From positions 13,531,323 to 13,548,811 of the forward strand of contig CM119270.1 in assembly GCA_051294375.1 (NCBI GenBank): a DNA stretch of 17,489 nucleotides. Reading direction: 5' to 3'. This stretch comes from Paraspadella gotoi. Taxonomy: Eukaryota; Animalia; Chaetognatha. Position 1 is the stretch's first letter, and the number at the start of each line of letters is the position of its first letter. Shown in pieces: positions 1 through 10,083 of this stretch. Position numbers and translations under genes: made by a program. A model generated the notes under the pieces. It searched no databases, had not been told where the DNA came from, and saw nothing but the letters and a program-made list of their open reading frames with translations.

Positions 1-740
1 AACGTCATCGTCCGTACCTCATCGGTTCGTCCGTTCATCATGATCATCAATCTTCATGCTCTTCGCTTACCCTTTTTAATTATTTTTACATTTTTTTTCT
101 CCACCCATTTTTTATCTTCATGATGCAGAGCTCAGACGAACGAGAGCATTTTTGTTGTTCCAAAACTCACCATATGTCCCGAATTAGTTGTAGTAAATAC
201 TTTCACCGTAAACATTAATATCGTGAACAAGAAGTATCAAATTTATTTCTATACAATGACGTCCAAAAGAGGCGGAACCATTTGTCGGTCGATCGTCGCG
301 TCAATCATCCAGTCAAGTTCCATCTCTGCGTGGGTCGATGATGGCGAATCTTAAATCATAGTCGCGGACTTCGATTTTCTTTCAACGCGCTTTTCTCGTT
401 TTCGATATCGTCTTTTATTTCGGTCGTCGTCCGTAACGTCTTCGTCCATAAAGTGTTCGCAATCACATGAGCCTTCGTCATACGGCATCGCGGTTTTATT
501 TTAGTCGTCAAACTTTCATCGGCCATATTGTTCAAGTTGTGTAGTACTTATTATTGTGGACCTTTCGATCGCATTTTCGACACACGAATCAACCTCATCA
601 CATTTCTTTCTTCTCGTTGGCGAAGGAACTACTATTTTTCGTACGTAATTCGTTTTCAGTCGTCGTCCGTTTTCAGTCGTCTTCTTTAGTACTGCGACTT
701 CATCCATTATCCGCCTCACCCTGCCCTCAATCACGGAGAC
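1..740 (+). repeat. Noisy copy 1 of segment X (homologous to ~5650-6370)
   Basis: Collinear anchors seen directly: GAGCATTTTTGT 144/5782; ATGACGTCC-AAAGAGGCG 256/5925; GGAACTACTATTT 625/6272; TCCATTATCCGCCTC-CCCTGCCCTC 703/6334. Many small indels lie between the anchors. Confidence 0.9.
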
Positions 741-777
741 ACGAAAATTAATGTTGCTCACATTCACCCATCCTTAT

Positions 778-1344
778 TTACTTCACTTTTCTCTCAAAAA
801 CCCTCGCCTCCGCCTCCCATCTTGAATCCCCCGACCCACCTTCCGCGGAGCCCGAGCCGTCCGTCGACTCTCCCGTGGAATCGCTGGCAAGACTCGATCC
901 CGACGCCGAGCCGGTCGTCCGACGAAGCGGCGGAGGAAGAGGAGGAAGAGGGGACGCCTCCGGACAACGAGGTCCTCCTTGGAAGCGAGTTCTCTCCGGA
1001 TGAGGAGCTCCTCCTACCGGTTGAAGGCCTCCTCGACGATTCTCTTCCGTTTGACGAGCGTCTCGAAGCGGCGAAGGCGTCGAAGGGTCGGCTTCGGGAA
1101 TGAGGCGACGGCGCGATGACGATGACGACGATGGGTCAGTCGTCGTCGTCGTCGTCGTCGTCTCATTGTGGTTCCAGTCTCTCGACGTCGGAATTCCATC
1201 GCGAAGACGACGACGACGACGACGACGATGATCCGACGAATGAGGATGACGACGATGACGTTGAGCGTCCGACTCCGGATGTCGGCCGAGTTCGTTTCCC
1301 GGATGTAACTCGTCTCGTTGGAAAGTGTCGTAGTTGACGGCGGC
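778..1344 (-). CDS. Putative exon fragment: 188-codon stop-free frame, low-complexity R/S/T/P/G-rich, product unknown, 5' end cut by the gap
   Basis: Hand translation AAVNYDTFQRDELHPGNELGRHPESDAQRHRRHPHSSDHRRRRRRRLRDGIPTSRDWNHNETTTTTTTTDPSSSSSS...GSAEGGSGDSRWEAEARVFERKVK*. It is the only minus-strand frame open throughout, the block is GC-rich, and its repeats are trinucleotide. It has no ATG, so it is absent from the ORF track. No recognisable domain. The stop at 778-780 lies at the edge of the noisy sequence and may be artefactual. Confidence 0.4.
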   Translation of the reverse strand, partial: AAVNYDTFQRDELHPGNELGRHPESDAQRHRRHPHSSDHRRRRRRRLRDGIPTSRDWNHNETTTTTTTTDPSSSSSSRRRLIPEADPSTPSPLRDARQTEENRRGGLQPVGGAPHPERTRFQGGPRCPEASPLPPLPPPLRRTTGSASGSSLASDSTGESTDGSGSAEGGSGDSRWEAEARVFERKVK

Positions 1345-1346
1345 CG
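790..1346 (+). repeat. Clean copy of segment Y (homologous to ~8170-8922)
   Basis: Exact 48-nt match 951-998 = 8351-8398; further anchors TCATTGTGGTTCCA 1163/8703 and AGCGTCCGACTCCGGAT 1264/8825. Confidence 0.95.
1139..1229. repeat. (GTC)8 at 1139-1162 and (GAC)7 at 1206-1226 trinucleotide microsatellites
   Basis: Read directly from the sequence. Confidence 0.95.
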
Positions 1347-1371
1347 NNNNNNNNNNNNNNNNNNNNNNNNN
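1347..1371. other. Assembly gap of exactly 25 N
   Basis: Counted: 4+10+10+1 N. Confidence 0.99.
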
Positions 1372-1574
1372 TTTTTTTACACGATTTATGATTCAAAATT
1401 TGCTAATTTTCGTTCGTTCAGTTTCGATGTCGTTTTTTTGAATCTTCTTTTGTTGTATTCGTTTTCCTCAAATTTTTTGTCAAATACCATACTCTTGAAA
1501 TATTAGAGTTTATTTTTGTTCTTCCCTGTTATTATTTTTAAATCTTTCCCCTCAAATTCCTTGTTTCTCATTTC

Positions 1575-1900
1575 CACATTCCCAGTCCTCATTTCTTTTT
1601 CCTTTTCTCCTGCATATCCACATTTTCCCAGTTCATCATCATTTCCTTTTCTCTTCATTCAAAATTTCCCAGTCCTCCATTTCTTTTTTCCTTTGCTCCC
1701 TCATCTCACATTCCCATACCTCACTTCAATCATCTTTTTCCCCTTCTCTCTCAGTTCCAACTAATTCCCATAGTCAATATTTCCATTTTTCCGACTTTTT
1801 GCTCTTCCATTCCAAACTTCCTAGTCATTCATTTCAATTTTTCCTCATCTCCTTCGCCTCACTCCTACCATACCATTCCCAGTATCATTTCACTTTTACC
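1575..1900 (+). repeat. Degenerate pyrimidine-rich minisatellite, about 44-bp period (TTCCCAGTCCTC-ATTTCTTTT core)
   Basis: CCCAGT/CCCATA cores at 1581, 1627, 1668 and 1713, with further degenerate copies near 1767 and 1878. Confidence 0.6.
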
Positions 1901-2509
1901 ATTTCCCTTCCTCCATTTTCTCAGTATCCCGTTCTCCGCATCGAATTTAAAGAACAATCAAGGCAGTCACAGGAATTTTTTCTCTCCGCGTCCGTCCGAA
2001 GATCTTCTGATTATCCAGCCGCGCATCCTCTGTCATTAGCGCGACTCTGCTCCCCTCAGCCCCAACCCCCCCCCCGCCCCCCTCCCTTCACCGTTCCAGC
2101 GTTCACCGTCCGCGCAAGCTCTTCAGCGCTAATGCGCACAGAAACATACACTGGAAATGCGAAACTCGCACGCTGCGCCTCTTTAAAATTTAAATATTTC
2201 GTCATCATCATCCGCTCTTGCTAGACGAGGAGAAACTACTCCAATTTGCACCAGACCACCTGCGCGCTACTAGTAATTCCAAATACGACCAGGTATGCAC
2301 AATTGCGGGGAGAAGGAAAGTTCTCTCCTTGATGCAAGCGCCGCCTCTTCTTTACACTAATGCGGCCACGCCGAGAACCGCGGATGACTGCGGATTTCGG
2401 CAATCCTTGCTGCGGCGCCCACGCTTCCACGAGTTATACTCGAAACGACGCGAGTATATATTATTCGCAGTTCACGCGCCTTTTCTCGAAATCTAGATAA
2501 ATATCCGGA

Positions 2510-2870
2510 AGCATTTTTGACACGCATTGTTCCCACGCTGGCGCAACGCGGTCACTCGTGCGAGTTCTCCTCCTCTCCGGCCGCCAGGCTCGTTTCCGTC
2601 GTCCTCGCCCTCCGCGCCGGAGCGCTCGAGGCCGGAAATTATTTGATTGATGAATAAGCGGCCCTCGGGAGCACAGGGGAACTGCACGCGAACGGCCAAA
2701 ATATGAAACTGGTCCAGATCCAATAAGATTTTATAAAAAGTGCGTTACTCACTCCTGCGGAGGTAAGAAAAAAAAAAAAAAAAAATAAAAACAACAAAAA
2801 TATAAAGCAGACGTTACCAGCGGAATAGCGCGCCATTATTTTGTCATGCCATATTCTATTGTTATTGCCC
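2510..2870. promoter_or_regulatory. Enhancer/promoter-like motif cluster
   Basis: Non-repetitive island carrying TGACA (2518), CATTGTT (2525), TTCCCACG = CGTGGGAA on the minus strand (2530), TGATTGATG (2644), CCAAT (2720), TTTTATAAAA (2729) and CTATTGTT (~2856). Motif matches only; function is inferred. Confidence 0.35.
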
Positions 2871-3954
2871 ACCATTTAACAATCTTCTTCGCCTCACGCG
2901 CCTAATCGTTTCCCCTTCACTTGTAAGTCTTTTTTTTTTTTCTTGCTTCTGTTCGCCTTTCTCTTATTGAAGCTTTAAAAAAAAAAAAAAGAATTCATTC
3001 ACCGTATCCGAATCAACGTTTAGATTATGTCTTCTCCGATTGTCAAAGACAGAAATCACCCGATATCAGATTAATGACGACCACCGACGAAAACGACGAT
3101 CGTACCGACAACGAATCAACGGACTGACCAACGAAAACTGGACAAATCAATTGATTGTCAACGTTTCTATGCAAAGGAAAACTCGAAAGGCATAGCATGT
3201 TCCTGTTGTTCCCGATGTCGTCTTTATGCAAGAATGACCGAAGCTATTAGCGACTTCTTTTTTCAGCGTTGAATTCCTTCGCCATTGTCGAAAAATTTCC
3301 TTCCCTTTTTTAATAAGAGAATGTGCACGTTTCAAAGGCAGAGAACTGAAAACCTAGGCAATGTAATAATATGGCGCCTTCGTTTTCGACTTTTTTTTTT
3401 TTTTTTTTGGTTTCGATTCGGTTGTTTTGTTCGTTTATTTCGGCTGTTTGTTTGGTTTGTCTTGTTTTTATTTTCGATTTCGTCGTGCGCCTCTGCCTGT
3501 CGGCCTTTGGCTCTAAGGTGGCCAGACTCGATCAAACCTGCGACGATCACACAACAACAAAGACAACAACGAACGTTCCAACGTTGACGCGTTAATTGAT
3601 GACAACAACGACGCGACCAGAGCTGAAGCAAGGTCGCCGTTCTGACCGTACGAAAAATCAAAATGGGGAGAACCATTATTGGTAAAAGTAAAAACGCATC
3701 GAAAGATTCAGAAAACTAAAGATCATTCATCCATTCCGCCTGCAGTGAATCTTCCACATCTCGTACATTGACAATAATCATTCTGAGGTCACTGCGCCAT
3801 GGTCGTTACTTTTAAAACTCTCTTTCAGGATGTGAAACACTCAATTTCTTAATTCATTAATAAATTCACCGCTATAATGATGTCCTAATATATGTCGTTT
3901 CCTCAAATAAACACAATTTTAGATTCCAATATGCATTCTATAAAACACCTACCC

Positions 3955-4195
3955 AATCTAAAAAATCACTAAAATCACCTTCAAACTAATTAAATCACCT
4001 CTGTGTTCCTTTATCGACTCATATTCAGTAGAGAACTTAAGAATCACTTTTCTAAACCCTTCAAATCTCATATTCACCTTAGTATCATCCTTTAAACCCT
4101 TTAAATTCACTCTAATTCACTGAATCACCCTGTTGTCACTATCAGCCCTAAATCTCCTCTAAAATCATCGAATCACCCCACCCGTAATCACCCCG
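3955..4195 (+). repeat. Degenerate AAATCACC(T)-type minisatellite, roughly 10-11 bp unit
   Basis: Repeated AATCAC/ATTCAC/AAACCCT units: aaaatcact, aaaatcacct, aaatcacct, gaatcact, attcacct, aattcact (x2), gaatcaccc (x2), taatcaccc. Confidence 0.65.
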
Positions 4196-4557
4196 CAATC
4201 CCTCCTTCTCTCTCCTCGAAATCCCCCTGAGGCGCCGCTCCGTTCGCAGTCACCACACCGCCCCTTCCTTCTGTCGTACTCATCCCACGGTTCTTTATCT
4301 CGGCCTCAAGAAACAAGAGAACGAAGACAAATGTGAAACATGCGGCGACGGAAAGGGAAGAAAGAGAAAAAAAAATAAAAAAAGTAGAATAAAAAAGAAA
4401 AATTCGCAGGAAAAATTGTAGAAAAAAAAGAAAAAGAAAGACAAAAAATGCGCAGGAGACGCAAAAAAGGAAAAACCGCATGTTGGAACAACGAATAGAA
4501 AAATATTTCATACCTCATTTTTCTCAGTTCTGTCTTTCCATTCGAGACTCTCAATAT

Positions 4558-4823
4558 CTTCTCTTCTCTCCCTCTCTTCGTCTCTCTGCCTCTCTCTCTC
4601 TCTCTCTCTCTTCTCCTCTTCTTCTTGACGTTAGGCTATTAAAGGAGACCGTTACACCTGATGGCAATACTTCAGCATGCAATTTTTCACTTTTGCTCCG
4701 CCCCCTCCCTCACTTTCACTCTCTCTTCTCTCTCTCTCTCCTCTCTTCTCTCTCTCTCTCTCCTCTCTCTCTCTCCTCTCTCTCCCTCTCCTCTCTCTTT
4801 CTCTCTCTCTCTTTCTCTCTCTC

Positions 4824-4862
<39 letters not shown>
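4558..4862. repeat. Imperfect (CT)n microsatellites (about 4558-4625 and 4717-4862)
   Basis: Read directly; source of the LS/ER-rich spurious ORFs. Confidence 0.95.
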
Positions 4863-4864
<2 letters not shown>

Positions 4865-5263
4865 CCCGCTTCCATTCTTCATCTTCTCGAATCTTCGATT
4901 TTCTGCGTCAGACAATGTAATAATCTGTCTTTTTCTCCTTTTCTTCCGTTGCACAACCGTGACTAGTGTAAATCTTTTCACCACCTCTTCACTTTCACAC
5001 TTTTCGGTTTCACATCTTTTTCACCTCGTTTCACCTGAATCCTTCTCATCTCCTCGTGCTCATTTCCACCAACACCCTCGATCAGTATTTATCTCTCGCG
5101 TCACCTCAACCTTCTCCATCTCGTCCCTTAATCCCTCACACTCCCCCCCCCCCTTCCACCGGTTCCCGTGAGTCCGTGGGACGAGAGAACGTCGCGTGTT
5201 GCGGTTCACGGTCAGACTCGAGAGAAGCCATAATCGATTTCCGCTTCTATCCTCTTAACGTTA

Positions 5264-5550
5264 CTCTGTCTCTCTCTCTTCTCTCTCTCTTCTCTCTCTC
5301 TGTCTGGCCTTTACTTTTTATTTATATTTCCTCTTCTTTTCATATTTCAAATATTAAATGTCACTCTCTCTCTCGTTTAATCCATCTCTTGCCTTTACTC
5401 CTAACTTCATCTCTTTCCTATTCTCTCACCTCTCCCCTTTCTTCCCCTAAACTCTCTCTCTCTCCTCTCTCTCTCTCTCTCCTCTCTTCTCTCTCTTCTC
5501 TCTCCTCTCTCTCTCTCTCTCTTCTCTCTCCTCCCCTTCTTTTTCTCTAC
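5264..5550. repeat. Imperfect (CT)n microsatellites (about 5264-5302 and 5452-5550)
   Basis: Read directly. Confidence 0.9.
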
Positions 5551-5649
5551 TTCATTTATGATGCCAAAAATAATTGTTCGCCCGATGCGACTTTGCGAAC
5601 GATTATTATTATTACTCGTTTCCCTGGGAGTTCAGTATCATTCTTCTCC

Positions 5650-6370
5650 GTCGTCGTCGTCGTCGTCGCTCATCGGCGTCCTCGTCACATAGATCACTCA
5701 TCTTTTCTATTGGTCGGTCCGCTTCCTTTTTTTTTCTCCCCCATTTTTTTTCATCTCTTCATGGATCAGAGTTCAACGACGGAGCATTTTTGTCTGTTCC
5801 AAACTTTCTACCACTTGTCCGCAGCGATTACGCTCTGGTTGCTTGGGTGACGTCGATTACTCATTTTCATACATTGTGTTAAATCACGTGAACAGGAAAG
5901 ATGGCGATCTTATTCGCTATCCACATGACGTCCCAAAGAGGCGTAGTACCATTTTGTCGTCTTCATTCTCGTCGTCGTCGTCGTCGTCACGTTCAGGTCT
6001 CAGTTCGATCATCCTCTACGTGGTGTGTGGTGCTCGATTGTGCGAACTTAAATCATCTCGGTGACTCGATTTTCTTTCCACGCTTGTTCTCGTTTTCTCG
6101 TCTCTTTAGTTTCTGCGTCATCGTCGTCGTCATCGTCCGCGGTTTTCTTTTTGAGTCGTAAACCTTCTCGGCCATTTTGTCAAGTTGTGTATCTATTTTG
6201 TGATGCCTGTTCGATCTTTCGTACGACTCACATCCTCAGATTCATCTTGTCTTTTCTCTTCTCGTTCGCGTGGAACTACTATTTCGTCGTGGCCTGTTTT
6301 TCGTCGTCGTGCTGTTCGTAGTTCCGAGATCTTTCCATTATCCGCCTCCCCTGCCCTCTCCGGGATAGCC
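5650..6370 (+). repeat. Copy 2 of segment X; on the minus strand possibly the frameshifted continuation or 3' end of the exon in segment Y
   Basis: Same anchors as 1-740. Minus-strand frames give charged low-complexity peptides (ERAGEADNGKISELRT... at 6471-6193; QNGREGLRLKKKTADDDDDDDAETKETRKREQAWKENRVTEMI* ending 6048) that need a frameshift to join. Confidence 0.85.
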
Positions 6371-7004
6371 GAAAAGTACCCGCTGCCAAGTATGTTGACC
6401 CCTTCTACCGATTCCCTGTCCCTCTCATTCCTTCTCTGTCCTCTTTCCTCCCGCCGCCTCCCCCCCCACATTATGCATGTTCCCCCTTCTTACTCCGCCC
6501 TCCCAAAATGAACGATGTGTCACTTTAAAGAAAAAGAATCCGCAGTTCAGAATTTAGACTCGATTTCAACGTAATTTTGAAAAACTTTCCCGATTTTTTG
6601 TCCGGTGAATCTCTTTTATTTTCTTAAAATCTTTTGCCAAATTCTTAAAACTAAAAGTCTTCTTTCGAATGTTTTTTCTCCTTCACTTTGAGAATATGCC
6701 CACTTTTTTCTTTCTCGCCAAATCTAATCAGACCAAACCGCACGCCCTCTTTTGCCCACAAACTCCACCACGACATTATTGCCAGAAAACTAAAATTCTC
6801 AAATCCCCTATTCCAACAAGCAGATCTACCCACACTAAATTATCCATATAACTGGCAACGCCCTCATCACTTGTCTATCGACATTTCAACAGCCCAACTT
6901 TTTGCTAGCAAGTCAACTCATTTCCTTAGTCCACAATCACAAACCTCTTCGCACCCACAATCTCCACCCACTTTCCCCCACAATCCTTCACCCGCGCTTG
7001 GTTA

Positions 7005-7095
7005 GGTCCGATGAGAAAGACGCACTGCCGAAGAACGACGAAAGGGGACGCCGAGAATTCCGGACAAAACGAAGGACGACATCATTCGAAGCCAC
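7005..7095 (+). repeat. Third, very noisy fragment of segment Y (about 915-990)
   Basis: GGGGACGCC (7044) then TCCGGACAA (7059) then CGA-GG...GAAGC mirrors GGGGACGCCTCCGGACAACGAGG...GGAAGC at 950-986. Confidence 0.55.
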
Positions 7096-8169
7096 AGGAT
7101 CGCTTGTTGGGGGGTTGTACTTGATGGCCACGTAAGATGGGTTGGTGGTGTAGTAGCGAGGCGGCTGTGGGCTACAGATGTGCGAGAAGGTGGAGGGCTG
7201 GGAGATTTGAGGATAATATATATAATTAAATTCAATTAATACCATATACTTTCTTATCTTGCAGTGAAATATTGAAGTATTTGGTCTTAAATTAAGATGT
7301 TACACAATTACAGGCAAAAGACACTTCTTAAATTTTAAGCAAGACAATAAAGTTCATAATGTTACATAGAGAATCGAAATTATTCAATTTTTAAAATCAA
7401 TATCAAAATTAATACTAACAATAATGAAGCCGACCCAAGCTCTACAAAGAGAGACACACTCACCCCATTCAAGCGTAAGAGTAAAGTATACGTACGAAAT
7501 TCGTAAAGAAGTCAATTATAAGAACAAACCCGCATTACCATCAGTGAACATTAATGTTGTAAAAAAATTAATTTTATGTTTTTTAATTTTCGAGTAGGCA
7601 ATTATTTATATATTCTAGTTACTAATCCTTATAAATACGAAAAATTTTCAAAATAGGCTTTTCTTAATTTTTGATTGCAGATTGAATTGCCTTCGTTCAA
7701 CAAGTTATAAAAGAAATATAAATTATTTTTAAAAATTCTTCATAAGTGGCCGTTAAAAAATTACAAATATCTAATATTATAATATCTATCAAAAAGTAGA
7801 TTTGATCCAGCTTAAAATTATGAGCTTGTTTCTAATTTTTTGACCCACTTAATGAAGGAATTTTTTAAAAAGAGTTATATTCGTCTTTTCAATCTAATAT
7901 GAACGAATCCTCATGAATCTGCAGAAAAAAATCTTAACAGCTCTTAACCAATTTTAAATATTTATTGGATTATTAGACTAGTATATAATTATGCCCTACT
8001 GCGTAATTTGTAAAATTATGTATAAAGTTTTTTTATACATAAATGTTCATTCAGAGTATAATTGTTATTCGTTCCTCACTTTTAGGGAATGTTTATTGAA
8101 AAGATAAATTTAGCAAAGTTTTACTACCGCCTTTAATCCCCACTCTTCCAATAAACTTAACAAATCTCC

Positions 8170-8922
8170 CATCCAACAAAGCCTACGCCTTCCCAAAATC
8201 TTTTGGCAATCCCCCGAACCCACCTATCCGCGAAGGCCCCGAGGCCGTCCGTGCACACTCATCCCGTAGGAAAATCGCTGGGCAAGACTCTATCCCGGAC
8301 CGCCGAGCCGGTCGCTCGACGATACCCGCGGTTAGGAATGAGGAGGAAGAGGGACGCCTCCGGACAACGAGGTCCTCCTTGGAAGCGAGTTCTCTCCGCG
8401 ATGAGGGCAGCTACCTTGTCTCTCCTATCCGCGCCTAGTTTAATGTGTAGACAGTCCTTCCCTCTGATCGGATTTCTTCACCGGCACCCTCGTTCATGAC
8501 GCATGGCTGTCCTGCGAAGCGGCAGAAGGCGTCACAGGGGCCCGCGCGTGTTCTTCGGGGCACTTTGAGTGCGGACGTGGACGCGGCTTCTCTCTCCGAA
8601 GTGACGAGGCCGGATGTATCGGAGACGACGCATGGGTAAACTACGCTGCGTTTCTCGGTCGTGTCTCGTTCTCAACTCCTGTGATCTCGGCTGATCAACG
8701 CTTCATTGTGGTTCCATCTCTTCGACTGTGCGGACATAATTCCCATCGCGAAGATTCGAGCGACGACGAACGACGGACGATGATCCAGCCGATAATGAGC
8801 GCATGACGACAATACGTTGTGAATAGCGTCCGACTCCGGATCCTGTCCGCTGTAGTTCGTTTTCCCGGATGTAACTTCGTCTGCGTTGGAAAATCATTCG
8901 TGAGTTGACGGCCTCGGGCCGA
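8170..8922 (+). repeat. Insertion-riddled copy of segment Y
   Basis: 951-1340 (390 nt) aligns to 8351-8911 (561 nt); differences are mainly scattered short insertions. Confidence 0.95.
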
Positions 8923-8995
8923 CCGGCGGGATGGATAGGACCGCTGCCATCTGCGGGGCCTGGGCGTACGTAGGATAAAGAGAAAGGGAAAGCGG
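8923..8995 (-). other. Candidate splice acceptor(s) leading into segment Y
   Basis: The minus strand reads CCCGCTTTCCCTTTCTCTTTATCCTACGTACGCCCAG|GCCCCGCAG|ATGGC. The AGs at 8961-8960 and 8952-8951 are 9 nt apart (same phase) and follow a pyrimidine tract. Confidence 0.4.
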
Positions 8996-9159
8996 GGGTA
9001 GACGGCGCGGTGGAAGATTTGCTTTTGTTGTTTTGTTTTTTTCTAGAGTTAGAACATCACGTTTCGGAAATTGAGCTTATCATTTACTTTTGAGTTTTAT
9101 TGTCTTCTATCTTTTATTTCGCTTTCACGTGAATCTTACGGTCAGTTTTATCAGTCCTA

Positions 9160-9442
9160 GTCCTTCCTCACTTTCTTCCTCTTTCTTCTACCTGTTTCTG
9201 CTCTCTTTTCAATTCGACCGTTTAGAGTGTAGATCTTCTGTCTGTCTCTAACCCGTCTCTCTGCTTCCGTCACTCTTCCGTTCCTTCTTCTGTCTGCCTT
9301 TCGTTCTCTCTTCATCATCTCTCTCTCTTCTGCTCTGCTTCTCTGCTCTCTCGTCTCTCTCTCTCTCACTGCTTTCTCTTCTTCGTGTGCTCTCTAGTTC
9401 TCTCCTCTCTCCTCCGTCGTTCCTCAATCTTCTTCTCTTCTC

Positions 9443-9484
<42 letters not shown>

Positions 9485-9485
9485 T
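9160..9485. repeat. CT-rich low-complexity tract ending in a near-perfect (CT)n at about 9452-9482
   Basis: Read directly. Confidence 0.9.
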
Positions 9486-9605
9486 CTTTCAGTTTCTCCC
9501 CGAGCGCGCAGAAGGCTCGTTCCCTCTCGGGGAAGTCCATGTATCGCGTGCGGCGGCCATACGAGATTCGTCTCCGAAGTCTGCATCCAGCTTCGACCGA
9601 CTGAT
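9248..9605 (-). CDS. Putative internal exon of the minus-strand gene (3' boundary uncertain)
   Basis: Acceptor CCCTTGTGTCTTCGCTTTTGACCTTCCAG| (AG at 9607-9606). A phase-2 join to the 11410 donor gives MDPTQRSVGRSWMQTSETNLVWPPHAIHGLPREGTSLLRARGETERAERERE..., the same frame as ORF 9248-9586. Only about 9490-9605 is unique sequence; the rest is GA repeat. Possible donors at 9369, 9273 and 9252. Confidence 0.35.
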
Positions 9606-9647
9606 CTGGAAGGTCAAAAGCGAAGACACAAGGGCAATAAAAGCAAT

Positions 9648-9866
9648 GAGGAGAGCCTATAAAAGCATGTAGAGATGACAAAAAAGAGCAGAGATACAAC
9701 GCAATAAATCAGCAGGAAGAGAGATGAGAAGATGAGGAGAGTAGGTGCCTGTCAACGGAAGAGAGATGATGAGAGACTAGAGATGAAGAGAGAGAGAAGA
9801 GAGAGGAAAAGAAGAGGAGAGCTATAAAAAGCATTTGAGAGACGACAAATAAGAGCAGAGACACCA
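9648..9866 (+). repeat. Imperfect direct repeat of about 50 bp (copies at ~9648 and ~9814) within a GA-rich tract
   Basis: GAGGAGAGCCTATAAAAGCATGTAGAGATGACAAAAAAGAGCAGAGA versus GAGGAGAGCTATAAAAAGCATTTGAGAGACGACAAATAAGAGCAGAGA. Confidence 0.8.
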
Positions 9867-10083
9867 GATATAGAAGCACAGAGAGAACTCTTAAACTTTC
9901 GAATAAATAAGGTAATGTATAAGGAATATAATGAAATTATATCATTGCCACTTCATTGGCCAGATGCGTGACTGTATAAGTAATTAGCTAAATGTATATG
10001 TACTCATCGCTGCGGGCAATAAAGTGCCACCTCAACCAATAATGCAAATGTTTATGTTGCTATGTAAATCTATCTGAGTTATG

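Noticed and set aside
822-1337. Plus-strand acidic ORFs (93 aa and 73 aa)
   Set aside because: Short, one starts at a non-ATG codon, and both are explained as antisense shadows of the GC-rich block whose only fully open frame and splice signals are on the minus strand.
1372-1500. Possible similarity to 12960-13045
   Set aside because: Only short anchors within T-rich low-complexity sequence; not distinguishable from chance by eye.
2720-2768. Plus-strand CCAAT-TATA-Inr promoter with a short first exon
   Set aside because: TATAAAA (2732) to the Inr-like A (2751) is only about 19 nt, and CCAAT is only 12 nt from TATA; both spacings are non-canonical.
4480-5850. Long ORFs (146-264 aa) rich in LS or ER
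   Set aside because: Translations of (CT)n/(GA)n microsatellites, which lack stop codons; no domain-like content.
9536-9565. WPPHAIHGL as a Pax octapeptide/eh1 motif
   Set aside because: Does not match the (F/Y/H)S(I/V)xxILG pattern, and no paired or homeobox exon is visible in the window.
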